Virus record (IMG/VR): IMGVR_UViG_3300029904_000004
Location: 1-64,000 of that record
Source: a virus
DNA length: 64,000 nucleotides
Reading direction: 5' to 3' (one strand)
The notes beneath the pieces were generated by a model. The model saw only the letters and a list, made by a program, of their open reading frames with translations, ran no database searches and was not told the DNA's origin. Made by a program: the position numbers and the translations under genes. This document shows positions 9,083 to 18,498 of this stretch, one piece after another (the stretch's first letter is position 1; each line of letters opens with the position of its first letter).

Positions 9083-9251
9083 TCTTCAACTTGGGGCGTA
9101 AGTATCAAACTTACGTCCTGAGTAAATTTAGTAAAACAGCGTATTTAACCAATACACGGTTCAAAGCCCGTAAAGCAAATTAGCAAATGTTGATGACTAA
9201 ATAGGTCTTATTGACCAAGTAACTTAAGTTTAATTTAAAATCATTATCAAA

Positions 9252-9503
9252 ATGAAAGTAAAAGAGATTAGTACCGTAAGAACGGATGGGATGATTCAAT
9301 TCATCAAAATCAAAGACAATGACGACACCGAAACACTCGTCAACATCAACAAGATCTCCATGATTACGGAGAAAACGAATGGCGATATTGACATATCGAC
9401 AACCAACAATGAGAGAATCTTGTTGCAAGGTACGTCTATTGTCGAAATAACAAACCTGGTCGAAGATAACGACGATGACGACGATGACGACGATTGGGAT
9501 TAA
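9252..9503 (+). CDS. hypothetical protein with a poly-Asp C-terminal tail
   Basis: ORF track. Ends in DNDDDDDDDDWD. Conserved leader upstream. Confidence 0.7.
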   Translation: MKVKEISTVRTDGMIQFIKIKDNDDTETLVNINKISMITEKTNGDIDISTTNNERILLQGTSIVEITNLVEDNDDDDDDDDWD

Positions 9504-9528
9504 TTAACCACTTAAAACTATTATCAAA

Positions 9529-10005
9529 ATGGGAAAAGTAATTAAATTCTTAATGTTGTTGTGCTGTGTAACATTAATCACAGCATGTAAAAACGAACAA
9601 TCAATTTCTCCGCAAGAGAAAGCAAGTATTGTTCAGTTGAGTGTTGAACAGGCTACAACGCCTACATTCGACAGTGTAGACAGTTTTGTCAATTACACAA
9701 TCGATTATCGTGAAAAAGCACGATTTGTAGATGTATGTAACACCCTCTCCTTAAAAGAACTAAAGGAAATGTCCAAAGTTATATTACAAAGGGAGGGTTA
9801 TATCGACTACAAGCTGCTTCTGAAAGAATATGATACATCATACCAGCGTGTATATCGTTATTTGAATAATGAAAACGAAGATGTTTCAAACTTAGAATCG
9901 GCAAGTCATGATAAGAACGACACGATTGTAGTAAATAACATAACACCTAATTCAACACCAAACAATGGAACAACAAGCAATAGTAATTCTGTTCACAGGA
10001 AATAG
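9529..10005 (+). CDS. putative lipoprotein, terminates on TAG
   Basis: ORF track. Signal peptide with a lipobox-like LITAC. Stop is TAG, followed two codons later by TGA TGA. Confidence 0.7.
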   Translation: MGKVIKFLMLLCCVTLITACKNEQSISPQEKASIVQLSVEQATTPTFDSVDSFVNYTIDYREKARFVDVCNTLSLKELKEMSKVILQREGYIDYKLLLKEYDTSYQRVYRYLNNENEDVSNLESASHDKNDTIVVNNITPNSTPNNGTTSNSNSVHRK

Positions 10006-10447
10006 TCTTCCTGATGAGACGAGTGGAAAATTATGTAGCATACTTTCAAAAGATACATTTGCACATCCGGAAGATGTGAAAATATATACTTTTGACGAGG
10101 ACAATCTTGCAAAGCTTATTGCTGAGAAGATTACAAAGGTTCATACACCTAAATGTACAGAAAGTACTACAGAGGCTGCAATGATACTCTCCAAAGAGTT
10201 TCCTCTTAACAACAATGTAGCGCTCGCAATACATTTTGGTCGTATTATGCCAGAGATTTACGCTCGAATCAAGTACGGTAAAGCCATTCAGCATGATATC
10301 GATACGGTAGAACGTATCAAAGTCATACTTGACAACGGTATAACCGGAAGATTTGCAATAGAACGCCAAGGCGGAGATAAAGAGACTATCGAAATCATTC
10401 GTAAAATCTTTAATAATTATTTCGATGAAAAAGGAAATGCGAGATGA
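9965..10447 (+). CDS. hypothetical protein (160 aa)
   Basis: ORF track. Confidence 0.6.
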   Translation: MEQQAIVILFTGNSLPDETSGKLCSILSKDTFAHPEDVKIYTFDEDNLAKLIAEKITKVHTPKCTESTTEAAMILSKEFPLNNNVALAIHFGRIMPEIYARIKYGKAIQHDIDTVERIKVILDNGITGRFAIERQGGDKETIEIIRKIFNNYFDEKGNAR

Positions 10448-10524
10448 GTTTTCAGAAAAGAAAGTAAAGAACTCAAAACATAAAGCAAAATTAAAACCTT
10501 ACAAACGAAGTAAATACAAAGATT

Positions 10525-10752
10525 ATGAAACAGAAGATGTATAGTTTCGATGTTTTCGCTACTATCAAAAATGGCAAACGTAAAAAAGTAGCAACGCATT
10601 CATATCCTACAATAAAACAGGCAAAAGATGCACGTACTGCTATTGAACGTATGCCTTACGGTAATTATATTTACCAACCAAGAGAGAATGCCCCGTATGT
10701 TTATCGCACATTAGGTGGATGGACATGCAGTGACATAACAGAGATTAATTAA
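10525..10752 (+). CDS. hypothetical protein (75 aa)
   Basis: ORF track. Confidence 0.6.
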   Translation: MKQKMYSFDVFATIKNGKRKKVATHSYPTIKQAKDARTAIERMPYGNYIYQPRENAPYVYRTLGGWTCSDITEIN

Positions 10753-10786
10753 CTTAAGTTTAACTATTTAAATCATTATCAAAATG
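10752..10786 (+). promoter_or_regulatory. conserved gene leader TAATTAAC...AAATCATTATCAAAATG (best copy)
   Basis: Near-identical leaders end at the start codons at 6568, 9252, 9529, 10784, 14460 and 16015. Confidence 0.6.
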
Positions 10787-11275
10787 GCAAAACAAAAAAA
10801 TCAAGCACAGACAACAGCTCCTGCAAAACCAGTTGAAGCAACAGAAGAAAGCGTAATGGATGTAATCCGTAATCAGAACATCGGTGAAAAGTCAGTCGCA
10901 GAAGAAGTCGACAAACGAATGAAAAACGAGAAAAACGAACGACTGATTGAAGACACCAAACGCAAAGTTGCTGCAGCAGAGTACAACAACATGAAGGCTC
11001 TCTTGATGTTGCGTCTTCGCCGGCGTGAGGAGCGTGCTACGAAGGAGTATCTGAAGTCAACAAAGGAACTCCTTGACAAGTTGAAGGGATATACAGACGA
11101 GAAAGGTGAATTTGTAGAACCTACACTCACCATATTCCAGTATGAAGGCGAACGTGATAAGATTATCAAAGCAAAGCGTGAAGCATTCCGCGATGCTGAT
11201 AAGGTTTATCGAGACGAACTGTCTGAACTTCGCTATCAGTATCCTCAATACTGGTCGTATGAATGGGATGAGTAA
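10784..11275 (+). CDS. charged coiled-coil-like protein (163 aa)
   Basis: ORF track. K/E/R-rich; conserved leader upstream. Confidence 0.7.
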   Translation: MAKQKNQAQTTAPAKPVEATEESVMDVIRNQNIGEKSVAEEVDKRMKNEKNERLIEDTKRKVAAAEYNNMKALLMLRLRRREERATKEYLKSTKELLDKLKGYTDEKGEFVEPTLTIFQYEGERDKIIKAKREAFRDADKVYRDELSELRYQYPQYWSYEWDE

Positions 11276-12183
11276 TCCTGCTCGTATACACTAAAATCAT
11301 CCGCACAAGAACCTTAGAGTCACGTGCTGGTGTTTATTAATCGAGGATTACAGGAGTTTAATCAAAATTAATAACCACCGTCTATGAATTGACATAGAAT
11401 CAAAGAGCCTTGGAGCCATGTAGGATGTAAAACTCTCAAAATAGGGAGAATAAACTATATTATCTTTTTACCACCAATCATTGGTTACAATTTGAGAACC
11501 TTTGAGTCATTGTGTATTATTGAATTTGCTCTGATACATAACAAATTGTAAATCAAAAAGCGTTGTATAGCCTCAAGAACCGCAGAGTCACGAGATTACT
11601 ATATGTATTTCAATCATATTCTTTATACAACACGTGTTAGACTCATTTATTTGCGTTTTAAGAGCTTCAAAAATCGTCGATGGATTAGCTACCCATAAGC
11701 GAGAACTGAGGCGATTAGAGCGCATTTAAATGACGTTTTAGGGCATTTTGAGTTTGCTACTCAATTTGCCCACTATTTGTTCTCAAGTGATTATGACGCA
11801 AATATTATGGACCGCAGTTCGAGTCTGCGCACGTCCACGACCTCTTATTCACTGTTTGACATAATAAACACTTGGCTCAGGCATGTTGTGAAACACCCTG
11901 AGTTTTTAATACGGGCGTGACAGGATTTGACATAATAGGAGATAAGTATGATGGGAACAGATGTTCAAACAATAAATGGCAATGTAAACAACATTGTTGA
12001 CTACACTCACGTAGCGTGAGCACAGTCATTAAGTAGCTGTACTTAATTAATTAAAACAGTAAGGAGCCTGGCACCCAGATGGTAAGTGGTTGATGTTATA
12101 TAGGAGAGTTATTTAAATAACCTTGTATATAGCTATAAAAGTTCATGGTTCGAGTCCATGCAGGCTCCCAAAATCAATTTATT
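11276..12183 (+). other. ORF-free region with periodic repeats and T-arm-like hairpins; candidate structured RNA(s) or regulatory array
   Basis: The track has no ORF of 60 aa or more in any frame here. Four copies of an AGAACC-NN-(A/T)GAGTCA-like motif occur at about 11307, 11403, 11494 and 11575. GGTTCGAGTCC-type hairpins lie at 11809-11836 and 12144-12160. Confidence 0.5.
12063..12168 (+). other. tRNA-like element (acceptor-type 7-8 bp helix plus canonical T-arm) of non-canonical length (~105 nt)
   Basis: GGAGCCTG at 12063-12070 pairs with CAGGCTCC at 12161-12168. T-arm is CATGG-TTCGAGT-CCATG. The middle part folds as a long AT-rich hairpin and I could not fit a normal D arm or anticodon arm by eye. 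Confidence 0.3.
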
Positions 12184-12636
12184 ATGAATAACGGATACAA
12201 AGGAATGTTGAGGGACAGGTTGTTACCCTCTTGGAATCTTGCATTACTTTGGTGTAAAGTTAAACAACGTTGGGTAGATACTGTTTATGAACGTAATATT
12301 AGGCATTGTCCAAGGAAATTACGTTCTGAAAATTGTAAATTCATAACCGGTCATAAAAACAAATATGGAGCTGCAGGTACGTTTATAAGTTCTGTAGACC
12401 CTGATGGATTTTTACATAGTATTGACGAAAGTGAATATCATTTATGGCATACAGTTAACGCTTGGGTAAAATGGTTTAGTAAACATCAAATGTTTATCTA
12501 TGACTTAATAGAACATTATTATGCAACAGGGTTCAATGATGAAGAAATCATAGAAAAACTAAATTATCCGGGAGTAAACAAAACGTTATGTAAATTTATG
12601 ATCAAACATAAACATATCTATTATGGACACGATTAA
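12184..12636 (+). CDS. hypothetical protein (~150 aa)
   Basis: Track ORF 12145..12636. Its first 13 codons lie inside the tRNA-like element, so I prefer the ATG at 12184 (MNNGYKG...). Confidence 0.65.
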   Translation: MNNGYKGMLRDRLLPSWNLALLWCKVKQRWVDTVYERNIRHCPRKLRSENCKFITGHKNKYGAAGTFISSVDPDGFLHSIDESEYHLWHTVNAWVKWFSKHQMFIYDLIEHYYATGFNDEEIIEKLNYPGVNKTLCKFMIKHKHIYYGHD

Positions 12637-13087
12637 TTTATTTCCAGAGTCTCCGGGACTGTATATAGCCCAGAGAAATGCAGATGTTGTCCTGTTTAAA
12701 TTGACAGGAATGAGTCCTACATTAGTAGTGACTAAATCTATCTATCTATCTAAAATGATAGAAGGAAACTCTATTGTCGAAGCTCCTAAAGAATTGTTAG
12801 CAAATATGCTTCTGTATGCTAATAAATGGAGTTTCAGTATGCTGAAGCAAATTAACATGGACGTATTTCCCAGGCTTGTATTCAAGTGTGATGGAAACTT
12901 GGACCTGACTACAGACGAATTGTTGTCAATGAAAACAACATATTATCGTTTTGTACAATGTGGAGTTCCTCCATCAATTATACTCCGAGCCTTAATGTAT
13001 GAGTATAAAATTACGATGACCCAAGTAATCGACCTCGTAAATAAATTTGACAGAGATGTTAATACCTCCAGTTTTAGACAGGTATGA
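12623..13087 (+). CDS. hypothetical protein (154 aa)
   Basis: ORF track. Confidence 0.65.
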   Translation: MDTINLFPESPGLYIAQRNADVVLFKLTGMSPTLVVTKSIYLSKMIEGNSIVEAPKELLANMLLYANKWSFSMLKQINMDVFPRLVFKCDGNLDLTTDELLSMKTTYYRFVQCGVPPSIILRALMYEYKITMTQVIDLVNKFDRDVNTSSFRQV

Positions 13088-13439
13088 AAATACCTTACGA
13101 CTACAAGACCATTATGAATGGGCAAGACGCGTATGGACATTATATCGATTTGAATATGTAGAATATAACAAACGATGTATTGAACCATTCGCCTGTTGTT
13201 TAATTTGTGGAAATTGGAGAGATTTACGAGAGTGGTTACATTGGGTCAATCGTAATATCGTACTTAATTTGGGATTAGATTCTAAAGAGACTATCGCAGT
13301 CAAACTAAGAATTGCTACGGGAATGTTGAATAAAATAGAAACACTTGATTCTGTACAAAAAATCCAAATTCATTCGAACCTAACTCGTAATATATGGTAT
13401 GAATCATATATTATCGAGACAGAAGATTTACCATTTTAG
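13047..13439 (+). CDS. hypothetical protein (130 aa), terminates on TAG
   Basis: ORF track. The stop is TAG, followed by TTA then TGA. Confidence 0.6.
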   Translation: MTEMLIPPVLDRYENTLRLQDHYEWARRVWTLYRFEYVEYNKRCIEPFACCLICGNWRDLREWLHWVNRNIVLNLGLDSKETIAVKLRIATGMLNKIETLDSVQKIQIHSNLTRNIWYESYIIETEDLPF

Positions 13440-13441
13440 TT

Positions 13442-13999
13442 ATGAACAGTCTCAAAAACGCAGTGACGATTGAGACTATCAAACAAGCTCAACAAGGGTC
13501 TGTAAAAGCATTTAACAAAATATTTTATGAATATAAATCTTTTGTAGAATATATTCTACGAGATTATATAAAAGATGATGATGAAGCTAAAGATTTAGCG
13601 AATATTGTTTTCTTAAAAATTCATGATAAGTTAATGTCTTTTACGGACTATGTTAATTTTAAAGGGTGGATTCGTACAATTACGAAGAACACTGCTATTG
13701 ATTATCTTAGAACCATAAAAGAAAAAATGGTTTCTATAGATGATACGGAACGAAATGTTCAGTTAAATGAAGACGAAATAGACAAAGAAAAGTCTTATAC
13801 AGACCGATATACTTACGATTACGTAGTAAATATGTTCGATTCATTACCTGAACAATACTCTCGAATATGTAAGATGTTTTATATAAACAATCTTACTATT
13901 AATCAGATTTCAAAAAAGCTCAATGTGCCAAAGGGAACTATTAAGTCGTATTTGCATAGAGCCCGTTCAATAATCAAAAACCAGTTAAAATTATGTTAA
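13442..13999 (+). CDS. ECF-type (sigma-70 family group 4) RNA polymerase sigma factor
   Basis: Region 2-like DEAKDLANIVFLKIHDKLMSF...FKGWIRTITKNTAIDYLR. Region 4-like LPEQYSRICKMFYINNLTINQISKKLNVPKGTIKSYLHRARSIIKNQL. Confidence 0.85.
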   Translation: MNSLKNAVTIETIKQAQQGSVKAFNKIFYEYKSFVEYILRDYIKDDDEAKDLANIVFLKIHDKLMSFTDYVNFKGWIRTITKNTAIDYLRTIKEKMVSIDDTERNVQLNEDEIDKEKSYTDRYTYDYVVNMFDSLPEQYSRICKMFYINNLTINQISKKLNVPKGTIKSYLHRARSIIKNQLKLC

Positions 14000-14361
14000 A
14001 CTTACTTATGTTCTTTTTAGGAATAACTATGATTTTCCTGATTGCCCGTTATAACAGGAATAACAAGTTGTTCTGGATGTTACTGCTCGCAATGCTGAGT
14101 GGTTTCGTGGGAGGAACAGTCGCTAACAGTATGTTAGAAGACGATAAGCAAGTTAACGTAACAATCTCTACCGACGAAGGTACATCGGTGAACACATTCG
14201 ATTTGTTCAAAACAGATATTCCTACATATCTGTTCGATGAGCCCGAAAAAGAGATTGAAAAACCGTATGCAAATACGGAATACGTTAATTTGTATGTTTC
14301 TCCAAGTAAGTCTGGCACATTTAAGCCAAGACAATACCACGATTTCGTAGATACTTCATGA
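13993..14361 (+). CDS. two-helix membrane protein; candidate anti-sigma partner
   Basis: ORF track. Its start overlaps the sigma-factor stop by 7 nt. Hydrophobic segments LLMFFLGITMIFLI and LFWMLLLAMLSGFVGG. Confidence 0.6.
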   Translation: MLNLLMFFLGITMIFLIARYNRNNKLFWMLLLAMLSGFVGGTVANSMLEDDKQVNVTISTDEGTSVNTFDLFKTDIPTYLFDEPEKEIEKPYANTEYVNLYVSPSKSGTFKPRQYHDFVDTS

Positions 14362-14459
14362 ATGTAATTTACGTAAATCGCGCGACTGAAGAAAGGAGGA
14401 AAATTCAGTCATCAACATAATTTATTCATTTAGTATTAACCCTTTAACATTTATCAAAA

Positions 14460-15860
14460 ATGGCAAAGACAAAGAACAAGCCTGCTGTACAGCAGAAACA
14501 GAAAACGGTAACACCTCCCGTAGAAGAGGCTGTAATTGAGACAGTATCTCAAGAAGAAAACCCAGTAAACATATCACAGATGACAACGAAAAATGCCGTA
14601 GGGCAAACAAGGTCTTCTTTGGATGCAAACCACCGAGTGGATTTGTTGGGCCTTGCTCATAAAGTATTCAAAGAGGACCCTGATGCAGGTAGGAAGTATT
14701 CGCTTGACTTCCTTGACGCAATGGATTCTGTCATTGCAGCCGGAATTGTATCCGCTCTTGCAGATGAAGCAGCCTTCGGTGAAGGTAGTTTCAGTGTTGT
14801 ATTACAACACAAGTTGTATCCGCAATTGGTTCTCGCTGCAAAAGAGATGGGAGTCACATTGCCTACTCCGAAGAACTTACCGCCGGCAGAGGATGGTACA
14901 GTCACTGTGAACAAAGAACAAATCAAGCTTTCTAAAGAAGTAAAGGAGGAATTAAAGAACGAGAAAGCTATTGAAAACGAACAACCAGAACTTGACCCGA
15001 AGAAAGTAGCAGAAATGGATGAAGAAGCTCTGCGCAAAGCTTTGACATACATTATGATTACTGGTCCGAAGGCGACTAATGTAAAGAACACATTGGTCAA
15101 GATTGTAGATTTTATGCGAGAATATCGCATGACTCTTGCCGACAAAGCTGAGAATGCAGCAGAAGCAAAACTGAAGTATGACGACTATACCACCGGCCAG
15201 TGGTTAGACGACGCGTTCAGTTTTATCAAACCTACATTCCTCATATCTGGTATAGGTCGTGGTATGACTACAAATGTAGCATATGAGAAGACGCCTATAT
15301 CGGCATTCTGTATACTTCGAAAGAGTATGACAGACAAAGACGGAAACGTAGAGTGGGATGACCAGTCTATTGCAGACGCGGCTAAGTCTATGATAATATT
15401 TGTCGCAAAAGACAATATTGAAAAAGAAAAGAAAGGTCTTGAAGCTCTTGACAAGAAAGCAAAAGACTATAAGGATGTCGCAGCCAAGTATGAGGCATCT
15501 ATTAGGAGGTACGAAGACTGTATTGAAACAGTTAAGAACCCGAGCTTTAGTGTGATAGACCATATTATAGAAGGTCTTGAGCGCGATGATGAAACATTGA
15601 AGAAGATGTATTATCGTGTACGCGATGCTTATTACAAAGGTAAGAGTCGTGACATGATTAAGAACTTGGATACGAACGTTATTCAGCATGCCGGCATTAT
15701 ACTGAATATGTTCCGTGAACCGGGTACGCGAAACATCGACTACAATGTATCAAATCTCTCTGAATTAGTTCAGTATACCGCAGAGGAACTGAAAGAAAAG
15801 GCTAAAGCCGAAATGGAAGCGAAAAACGCTGAAAAAAAGGCCGATGCAAAAAACGACTAA
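14460..15860 (+). CDS. large charged, probably helical protein of unknown function (466 aa)
   Basis: ORF track. Longest early-region ORF; conserved A-rich leader. Confidence 0.8.
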   Translation: MAKTKNKPAVQQKQKTVTPPVEEAVIETVSQEENPVNISQMTTKNAVGQTRSSLDANHRVDLLGLAHKVFKEDPDAGRKYSLDFLDAMDSVIAAGIVSALADEAAFGEGSFSVVLQHKLYPQLVLAAKEMGVTLPTPKNLPPAEDGTVTVNKEQIKLSKEVKEELKNEKAIENEQPELDPKKVAEMDEEALRKALTYIMITGPKATNVKNTLVKIVDFMREYRMTLADKAENAAEAKLKYDDYTTGQWLDDAFSFIKPTFLISGIGRGMTTNVAYEKTPISAFCILRKSMTDKDGNVEWDDQSIADAAKSMIIFVAKDNIEKEKKGLEALDKKAKDYKDVAAKYEASIRRYEDCIETVKNPSFSVIDHIIEGLERDDETLKKMYYRVRDAYYKGKSRDMIKNLDTNVIQHAGIILNMFREPGTRNIDYNVSNLSELVQYTAEELKEKAKAEMEAKNAEKKADAKND

Positions 15861-16014
15861 CGCAGTTGCGTCGTGAAAGAAAAAAGCGACATGTACAATT
15901 AGTCATTGATGATGTCAAAGATACAATTAGTAGACGTATTAATAATATCAAAGACAAAATCAGCAACTGCTTAGACAATATGAGTAATTAACTAACCACA
16001 AAATCATTATCAAA

Positions 16015-16425
16015 ATGAAAAAATTAAGTACAATGCTTTGCTGTATATGCTTAGCAGTTTTCGGTGCTGTAGTGGGATTAAATAATAAAAGTCCCGCAGT
16101 AACAGCAAATGCGGCACCTGTGTTTGCAGGTGTTCCGTTAGACCTTAGAATGCCTAAAATGCATTACGACACAATATATGTGTCAAAAGACACCGTAATG
16201 CCGTGCAATAAGCGTCACTATCCAAAAGTTAAGGTTGTAAGGAAACCTTATGCAGTACACGATACTTTGTATGTACCTGTACTGAAAACAATTGTCCTGA
16301 GGGTTCGTGAGGAGATTTCCCAGAGTTATACGAAGTATGGTGTTGTGCATGATACTATACAAACTCAAAAAACGTTAGAATCTCCCGACAGTGTGAGTGT
16401 GACCCCTGTCGAGTATATTCATTAA
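16015..16425 (+). CDS. secreted or membrane-anchored protein (136 aa)
   Basis: ORF track. N-terminal signal-like MKKLSTMLCCICLAVFGAVVG. Conserved leader. Confidence 0.65.
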   Translation: MKKLSTMLCCICLAVFGAVVGLNNKSPAVTANAAPVFAGVPLDLRMPKMHYDTIYVSKDTVMPCNKRHYPKVKVVRKPYAVHDTLYVPVLKTIVLRVREEISQSYTKYGVVHDTIQTQKTLESPDSVSVTPVEYIH

Positions 16426-18498
16426 TGATTAGGTCTCATTAGCCTGATATAACAATGAAATACTTCAAAAGTAACTGGGTGGGAGAATATGTTAGCCTCC
16501 TCAAGAGGTGAGAAACTCAAAAGGTACCACGAAAGGCATATTGCGTGAAAAACAATATGTCAGTAGGGAGAGCGTTGTATCAACCCTAACATTTTGTATA
16601 TGAGAACCGACTGGAGATATACAATCTAAGGAAGACGCGTAAGTCGTGAGTTGACAATCATGCAAAACGAACCGTAGCTAATACTCTTTATTATTCGATA
16701 CAGATAATATTGGTAACGTTACAAGTGCTGCAAGATATAAGTCTCCAAAACTTATATTATGTATCAACAATGCTTACTCTAGTGTTTCTGCGTTCCAAGC
16801 GTAGTATAAAGGGAGGACAATAATCGGAGTAATAGTAGAGAAGGACTTGGTAGATATTCTATGATTTAGATTAGGGTATGTCAAATAGACCAAGCTGTAT
16901 GGTAAATACAGTGTCTAGATAAATCCGTACTGTTTGATTCAGTAGCCTTTTGAGTCATTAAAGGGTCCAGAGATGCGGTAAAAATTATGGCTGAGAAAAC
17001 TACTACCGACCGCCAGGCCTTGGTCGTTCATGCGGTATATAAAAGTGGAATGACCAGATGTATGGGGCAAATACATAGCGTCTAGAGTCCGCGTTCATAG
17101 GACTGAAGACAGAATTGTGGTATGTGCATTAGCAACACAAAACACATGAAATAGATGTTAATGAGATGACTACTTGACAGTCAAAAGAAGGCATTTTAAT
17201 GCTTGGATGCCCGAAAGAAATAAGCATACATTAGTTGATTCGAGGTATAGCACGCCAGCTATAACTGACCTCCACTAATGCCAGTAAAATGTTATAATCC
17301 CTATTTACAGATATATTCATAGAATTATATAATATCTATTATTCTCTATGTAAAGAGAAAGAACCTATTACACTAAGGAATAATGATAGTTATTACATAT
17401 GATAGTAGTGCATATAATTAGAGTATTGAAATAAAGAAAAAGATTATACATAAAGGTGTAGGAGAAAAGCTACATATTAAGTATTCTCACAAAGTAACAT
17501 TGTTTAACAAAAATCGATGTCCTCCGGATGTGAAAAACCTTATGTTGTAAATAAGAAGTAACTCCCGGAAAGTTCGAGTGCCAACCGTTATGTGGTAACC
17601 AGACTAAACTTTACATGTGAAAATGTGAAGGTAAATCTAAAGGTAGAACCAATACAGAAAGATAAGTAGGCAGCTCATGCTCAGTATCGCAGTGCAGTAA
17701 GCGTATGCGTGTTAGTGATGAACTAACCTTGGTGTATACTGTCTCTATACATCAGGAAAGTATGAGTGGGTGATAACTATTTAGTATGTATTCAGTTAAA
17801 TTCTGACGTATTCGCGCACTATAAATAAAGTTGGTTTTTAGTAAGGTTTTCCGTAGAATAACCACCGTAGACTCGTAGATACCCACTGAAGGCTAGAGTG
17901 TTCGATAATGAAACGTTTGGTTGTTTACGTTAAAAACAATACGTGGAGACTATTGATTGTTCTACCTGCCACAAGTAAAGGGAGAACAGGGGTAGCTGCG
18001 CCTAATCAGGTATCGCAAGACAGGATTACAGCAGCGGAGAATGACCACTCCTTAAAACACTTATATCCAAGTCTGGGAAACAAGGATATTTGAATCTTAT
18101 CGGTTTAACTTAATCTGGCAGAGTATATCTACGATTCCGCGAAACATTAGATATATATCTGTCAGATAAAAACAATTAGTTTTCTATTCCAAAAAAGAGT
18201 TTGCATATGAAATGCTAAATGTCATTCGAAGCTTTCCTGGGATATGGTTAATATGGGTTATGAAGCTTAGCTAATCCTACCATTGGATTCTTCTGTTATA
18301 TTGAGCCTCCTCGAACGAGTAATAGTATATAACAAGCCTGTATTGTATTAAAGCGAATCTTTAGCTACAAAGATAACATTAAAAAGAAAAACTCTGGAAT
18401 CAAAACAAACAAAAAGCTCGTGTAAAGCTGATTTACACATTAGTAATAAAATTTGTCGTGGGTGGAATCAACCACGATATCAAAAAGGACAAATTTTT
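16426..18498 (+). other. 2.07-kb ORF-free region; candidate large structured non-coding RNA(s)
   Basis: The track shows only one marginal 61-aa ORF (17908..18093) in six frames. Several GC-rich hairpins are visible (for example AGTCC-GCGTTCATA-GGACT near 17085 and CGACC...GGTCG near 17008). It shares motifs with the 11.3-12.2 kb and 20.57-20.66 kb regions. Confidence 0.45.

Noticed and set aside
11307-11594. The four periodic repeats as a CRISPR array.
   Set aside because: The repeats are degenerate (about 70-85 percent identity) and only ~20 nt long, with unequal 81-96 nt spacing. No cas genes or leader are present, so this does not fit CRISPR architecture.
12145-12183. The track start codon at 12145 for ORF 12145..12636.
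   Set aside because: The first 13 codons (MVRVHAGSQNQFI) are the T-arm and acceptor strand of the tRNA-like element. The ATG at 12184 is the more plausible start.
17690-17725. AAGCGTATGCGTGTTAGTGATGAAC as a group II intron domain V.
   Set aside because: It shares only the AGC..GTATGCG string with the consensus as I remember it. It cannot form the required bulged hairpin with a GNRA loop, and there is no GUGYG 5' end or reverse-transcriptase ORF nearby.
17908-18093. The 61-aa ORF as a real gene within the 2-kb ORF-free region.
   Set aside because: It is barely above the track threshold, isolated, lacks the A-rich leader seen at other starts, and sits in sequence that looks structured rather than coding.
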